64,000 nucleotides of DNA from the human T2T-CHM13v2.0 reference genome, Homo sapiens: the NCBI RefSeq assembly GCF_009914755.1, contig NC_060939.1, one strand, 5' to 3'. The translations under genes were made by a program, and so were the position numbers. Of this stretch, positions 57,701-64,000 are shown in pieces (position 1 is the first letter of the stretch; the number at the start of each line of letters is the position of its first letter). The notes below the pieces were generated by a model. That model was not told the DNA's origin. It did no database searches and was given only the letters and a program-made list of their open reading frames with translations.

Positions 57701-60700
57701 ACTGATTCCATTCCATTCTATTCCTTTCCATTCCATTTCATTCCATTATTCCATTCCATTCCATTCGCTTCCATTCCATTCGTGTCCATTCCACTCCAGT
57801 CCATTCCATTCGTGTCCATTCCATTCCAGTCCATTCCATTTGTGTCCACTGCATTCCATTCCACTCCATTCCATATTATTCCATTACACTCCATTCCATT
57901 CTATTACTTTCATTTCCATTCAATTCCATTCCATTTGATTCCATTCCACTCGGTTTCATTCCATTTGATTCCATTCCATTCCATTCCATTCCATTCCATG
58001 CCATTCCATTCCACTTGATTCCACTCCATTCCCTTCCACTGCATTCCATTCGATTCCATTCCATTGCATTGCATTCCATCCCATTGGATTGCATTCTATT
58101 CCATTCCATTCCATTCCAATCAATTACATGGCAATCCATTACGTTCGAGTCTATTCTATTCCTTTCCATTCGATTTCGTTCCAAACCATTCGATTCCATT
58201 CCATTCGATTCCATTCCATACTATTGCATTCCATTCGATTAAATTATATTCGAATAAATTCCATTCAAGACCATTTCTGTTGAGTCCATTCTACTTGAGT
58301 CCATTCCCTTTGATCCCATAACATTTGAGTCCATTCAATTCCATTCCTTTCGTTTCCATTCCATTTGATGCCATTCCATTCAATTCTGTTCTACTCGACT
58401 CCAATACATTCAATTCCATTCCATCCGATTCCATTACATTCTTTTCATTTCTTATCCATTTCAAGCCATTCCATTCCATTCCACTCGTTTCCTTTCCATT
58501 CGAGTCCATTCCACTCCAGTCCATTCCATTCGAATCCATTTCACTCCAGTCCATTAAATTCGAGTACATTCCATTCCATTCTATTCAATGCCATTCCATT
58601 CGATTCTATTCCATTCGACACCATTACTTTCCATTCCGTTCCATCCGATTCCATTCCATTGTATTCCATTCAATTCCATTCCATTGCATTGCATTCCATT
58701 CCAATCGTTTCCATTCCATTCGAATTCATTCCACTCAAGTCCATTCCATTCGAGTCCATTCCATTCCAGTCCATTCCAACAGAGTCCATTGCTTTCCATT
58801 CCATTCGATATCTTCCCATTACAGTCCATTCCATTCTATTCCTTTGGTTCCCATTCAATTAAATTCCATTGGATTACATTTCACTCGATTCCATTCCATT
58901 CGACTCCATTCCATTCGAGTCCATTCCATTCCAGTCCATTCCATTCGATTCCATTCCATTCGATTCCATTCCACTCATTTCCACTCCGTTGCATTCCATT
59001 GCATTCCATTCCATTCCATTGGATTACATTCCATTCGATTCCATTCCATTCGAATCAATTGCATTGCAATGCATTACATTCATGCCCTTTCTATTAAAGT
59101 CCAATCCATTATGGTCCATTCCATTCAATTCCATTCTATTCCATTCCATTCGAATCAATTACATTGCAATCCATCACATTCGAGTACGTTCTGTTCCAGT
59201 CCATTCAGTTCTGGTCTATTCCATTCAATTCCATTCCCTTTGATTCCATTCCATTTTTGTACATTCCATTGGATTCCATCTTATTGAAATAAGTTCTATT
59301 CGAGACCATTTCTTCGAGTCCAATCAATTTGAGTCCATTCCATTCGAGTCCATTACATCTGGGTCTATTCCATTCCATCCCATTCCGTTCGATGCCATTC
59401 AATTTGATTCTTTTCCATTCGTCTCCATTCCTTTCCATTCAGTTCCAACGGATTCCATTCCATTCTATTCCTTTCCATTTCATTGCATTCCATTCCATTC
59501 ACCTGGAGACCATTCCACTTCAGTGCATTCCATTCCAGTGTATTCCATTCCATTCCATTCTATTCCATTCCATTCGATATCTTTCCATTACACTCCATTC
59601 CATTGTATTCCTTTACAGTCCATTCAATTCCATTCTATTTGATTCCATTCAATTCAATTCCATTACATTCGACTCCATTTCATTAGTGTCCATTGCAATC
59701 CATTCCTTTCCATTTCTTTATGTTCTATTCCATTCCGTTCGACTCCTTTTTATTCCAGTCCATTCCATTCGAGTCCATTGCATTCCAGTGTAATTCATTT
59801 GATTCCACTCCATTCGATTCCATTCCACTCAATTCCACTCCGTTCCATTCCTTTGCGTTCCTTTCTATTCCATTCCATTGCATTCCATTCCATTCCATTC
59901 CATTCCATTCCATTCCATTCCATTCCATTCCATTTGTTTACATTCCATTGAATTCCAATCCAGTTGAATCAATTACATTGCAGTCCATTACATTCGAGTC
60001 TGTTCTATCCCAGTTCATTCGATTCTGGTGCATTCCATTCGGTTCCATTCCATTTGATACCATTCCATACTATTGCAGTCCATTCCATTCCATTGTTTTC
60101 GAAACAATTCCAATTGAGACCATTCCTTTCGTGTCCATTCTATTTGACTCCATTCCATTTGAGTCCATTAAATTTGTGCACATTCCATTCCTTTCCATTC
60201 CATTCCATTCGGTGCCATTCCATTCCACTCTATTCCATTCAAGTCCATTCCATTTGAGTCCATTCCATTCCATTCGATGCCATTACATTCAATTCTATTC
60301 CATTCGACTCCATTCCATTCCATTCCCTTCCAAACGATTCCATTCCATTCTATTACTTCCTATTCCAATCCATTCCATTCCATTCCATTCGTTTCCATTC
60401 CATTCGAGTCCACTCCACTCCAGTCCATTCCATTCGAGTCCATTCCATTCCAGTCCATTCCATTCAAGTCCATTCCACTCCATTCCATTCCATTCGATAT
60501 CTTTCGATAACACCCCATTCCATTCTGTTCCTTACAATTCAATTCAATTCCATTCCATTTGATTCCATTCCATTTGATTACATTCCATTCGACTCCATTC
60601 CATTCGACTCTATTCCATTCAAGTCCATTCCATTCCATTCCATTGCATTCCGTTCGAATCCCTATTCCATTCCATTTCGTTCCAGTCCATTCCATTTGAG

Positions 60701-63700
60701 TCCATTCCATGCCAATCCATTCCATTCGATTCCATTCCAATTGATTCCATTGCACTCGAATCCAGTGCGTTCCATTCCATTGCTTTCCATTCTATTACAT
60801 TCCATTGCATTACATTCCATTCCATTTGATTCCATTCCATTCCATTCCATTAATTTCGAATCAATTACATTGCAATCCATTGCATTCGAGTTCTATTCCT
60901 GTCCATTGCATTCCGGCGCATTCCGTTCCATTCCATTCCATTCGATTCCATTCCATTCGAATCCATTGCATTGCAATGCTTTACATTCGAGTCCGTTTTA
61001 TTCCAGTCCAATCCATTCTGGTCCATTCCGTTCGATTCCATTCCATTCGATGCCACTCCATACTATTGTATTTCATTCGATTCCATTCTATTCAAATAAA
61101 TTCCATACGAGCCCATTCGTTTCGAGTCCATTCTATTTCAGTCCATTCCATTTGAGTCCATTACATTTGGGTCCATTCCTTTCAATTCCATTGCAATCCA
61201 TTCCATTCGATGTCACCCCATTCATTTCTATTCCATTAGAGTCCATGTCATTCGAGTCCATTCCATTCTATTCCATTCCACTCCATTCCATTCCATTCCA
61301 CTCCATTCCAATCGTTGCCGTTCCATTCAATTCTATTATATTCCACTCCATTTAATTCCATTCCATTCCATTCCATTCCATTCCATTCTATCCAATTCCA
61401 TTGCATTCTATTCCTTTAAAGTCCATTCCATTCCATTCCATTCGTTTCCATTCCATTCGAGTAAAGTCCACTCCAGTCCTTTCCATTCGAGTCCATTCCT
61501 CTCCAGTCCATTCCGTTCAATCCATTCCATTCCAGTCCATTCCATTCGAGTCCGTTCCATTCCAGTCCGTTCCATTCGAGTCAATTCCATTCCATTTGAT
61601 ATCTTTCCATAACGATCCATTCCATTCTATTCCTTTCAATTCCATTCCATTCCATTCCATTCCATTTCATTCCATTCGATTCCCTTCCTTTGGACTCCTT
61701 TCCATTCGAGTGCATTCTATTCCGTTCCATTTCTTTCTGTTCTGTATGATTCCTACTGTTCGATTTCATTTTGTTCCAGTCTATTCCTTTCACGTTCATT
61801 CCATTCCATTTCACTCCATTCGATTCCATTCCACTCGATTCCACTCCGTTCCATTTCACTGCATTCCATTCTATTCAATTCTATTGCATTCCATTCCATT
61901 CCATTTGATTACATTCCATGCGATTCCATTCGAATTCGAATCAATTACATTGCAATCCATTACTATTGAGTCCGTTTTATTCCAGTCCACTCCATTCTGG
62001 TCCATTCAATTTGATTCCATTCCTTTTGATTCCATTCCATTCTATTCCATTCCATACAGTTGCATTCCATTGGATTCCATTCTATATCTATAAATTCAAT
62101 TCGAGACCATTGCTTTTGAGTCCATTCTATATGATTCCATTCCATTCAAGTCCATTACATTTGGTTCAATTCCATTCCATTCCATTCCCTTCCATTCCAT
62201 TCCATTTGATATCAATCTATTCGATTCCATTCCATTCGAGCACATTCCATTCGAGTCCATTCCATTCGATGCCATTCCATTTGATTCTATTCCATTAGTC
62301 TCCATTCAATTCCACTAATCTCCATTCCATTCCATTCTACTCCAACTGATTCCATTCCATTCTATTCCTTTCCATTCCATTCCATTCCATTCGCTTCCAT
62401 TCCATTCGTGTCCATTCCACTCCAGTCCATTCCATTCGTGTCCATTCCATTCCAGTCCATTCCATTTGTGTCCACTGAATTCCATTCCACTCCATTCCAT
62501 ATTATTCCCTTACACTCCATTCCATTCTATTACTTTCATTTCCATTCAATTCCATTCCATTTGATTCCATTCCACTCGGTTTCATTCCATTTGAGTCCAT
62601 TCCATTCCATTCCATTCCATGCCATGCCATTCCATTCCATTCCATTCCATTCCATTCCATTCCATTCTGTACCATTCCATATTGTTCCATTCGATTCCAT
62701 TCGAATCCATTCCATTTCAGTCCATTCCATTCGATTCCATTCCATTACTTTCTATTCCATTCCTTTCAATTCCATTGCATTCCATTCCATTCCACTTGAT
62801 TCCACTCCATTCCCTTCCACTGCATTCCATTCGATTCCATTCCATTGCATTGCATTCCATTCCATTGGATTGCATTCCATTCGAATCCATTCCATTCCAA
62901 TCAATTACATAGCAATCCATGACATTCGAGTCTATTCTATTCCGTTCCATTCGATTTCGTTCCAATCCATTCGATTCCATTCCATTCGATTCCATTCCAT
63001 ACTATTGCATTCCTTTCCATTAAATTATATTCGAATAAATTCCATTCAAGACCATTTCTGTTGAGTCCATTCTACTTGAGTCCATTCCCTTTGATCCGAT
63101 AACATTTGAGTCCATTCAATTCCATTCCTTTCGTTTCCATTCCATTTGATGCCATTCCATTCAATTCTGTTCTACTCGACTCCAATACATTCAATTCCAT
63201 TCCATCCGATTCCATTACATTCTTTTCATTTCTTATCCATTTCAAGCCATTCCATTCCATTCCATTCCATTCCACTCGTTTCCTTTCCGTTCGAGTCCAT
63301 TCCACTCCAGTCCATTCCATTCGAATCCATTTCACTCCAGTCCATTCCATTCGAATCCATTTCACTCCAGTCCATTAAATTCGAGTACATTCCATTCCAT
63401 TCTATTCAATGCCATTCCATTCGATTCTATTCCATTCGACACCATTCCTTTCCATTCCGTTCCATCCGATTCCATTCCATTGTATTCCATTCAATTCCAT
63501 TCCATTGCATTCCATTCCATTCCAATCGTTTCCATTCCATTCGAATTCATTCCACTCAAGTCCATTCCATTCGAGTCCATTCCATTCCAGTCCATTCCAA
63601 CAGAGTCCATTGCTTTCCATTCCATTCGATATCTTCCCATTACAGTCCATTCCATTCTATTCCTTTGGTTCCCATTCAATTAAATTCCATTGGATTACAT

Positions 63701-64000
63701 TTCATTCGATTCCATTCCATTCGACTCCATTCCATTCGAGTCCATTCCATTCCAGTCCATTCCATTCGATTCCATTCCATTCGATTCCATTCCACTCATT
63801 TCCACTCCGTTGCATTCCATTGCATTCCATTCCATTCCATTGGATTACATTCCATTCGATTCCATTCCATTCGAATCAATTGCATTGCAATGCATTACAT
63901 TCATGCCCTTTCTATTAAAGTCCAATCCATTATGGTCCATTCCATTCAATTCCATTCTATTCCATTCCATTCGAATCAATTACATTGCAATCCATCACAT
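24701..64000 (+). repeat. HSat3 (CATTC)n array, DYZ1-like sequence style, with a higher-order repeat of about 4.79 kb (8 full units plus a partial one)
   Basis: The landmark after CCCTTTGATCC(G/C)ATAACAT recurs at 24972, 29758, 35500, 39284, 44070, 48856, 53661, 58325 and 63106 (spacings 4786, 5742, 3784, 4786, 4786, 4805, 4664, 4781). CATTC is on the + strand throughout, with no inversion seen. Confidence 0.95.

Noticed and set aside
23832-63918. Long ORFs up to 349 aa (HSIPF / MEWNG repeats)
   Set aside because: (CATTC)n has no stop codon in any frame, and the ORFs overlap in all frames on both strands. This is a classic satellite artefact.
1-64000. Assignment to canonical human Yq12 DYZ1/DYZ2
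   Set aside because: The HSat3 period is 4.79 kb rather than about 3.56 kb, and an HSat1A block intervenes. The locus and species cannot be assigned without mapping.

Overview
This window is hominid (human or great-ape type) constitutive heterochromatin made entirely of satellite DNA. I find no credible protein-coding gene, RNA gene or CRISPR array, and every ORF in the track is a repeat artefact. Three arrays abut directly. (1) 1-19196 holds about 8 tandem 2436-2437 bp HSat1B/DYZ2-type composite units (5'-truncated Alu + about 1.58 kb AT-rich low-complexity tract + about 570 bp HSATI-type segment). (2) 19197-23853 is a diverged 42 bp HSat1A array. (3) 23854-64000 is HSat3 (CATTC)n, starting with about 0.85 kb of old classic Sat3 carrying CTCGGGTTG-like motifs, then a higher-order repeat (HOR) of about 4.79 kb. 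The most notable structure is that this HOR is a pentamer of ancient 0.8-1.07 kb subunits and varies by gain or loss of about one whole subunit (6-mer and 4-mer variants). Other points of interest are mosaic homogenisation at the HSat1B edge, microhomology at both array junctions, and a 43 bp subrepeat inside HSat1B that aligns to the HSat1A monomer. Species and chromosome cannot be fixed from the sequence alone. All coordinates and identities were read by eye.
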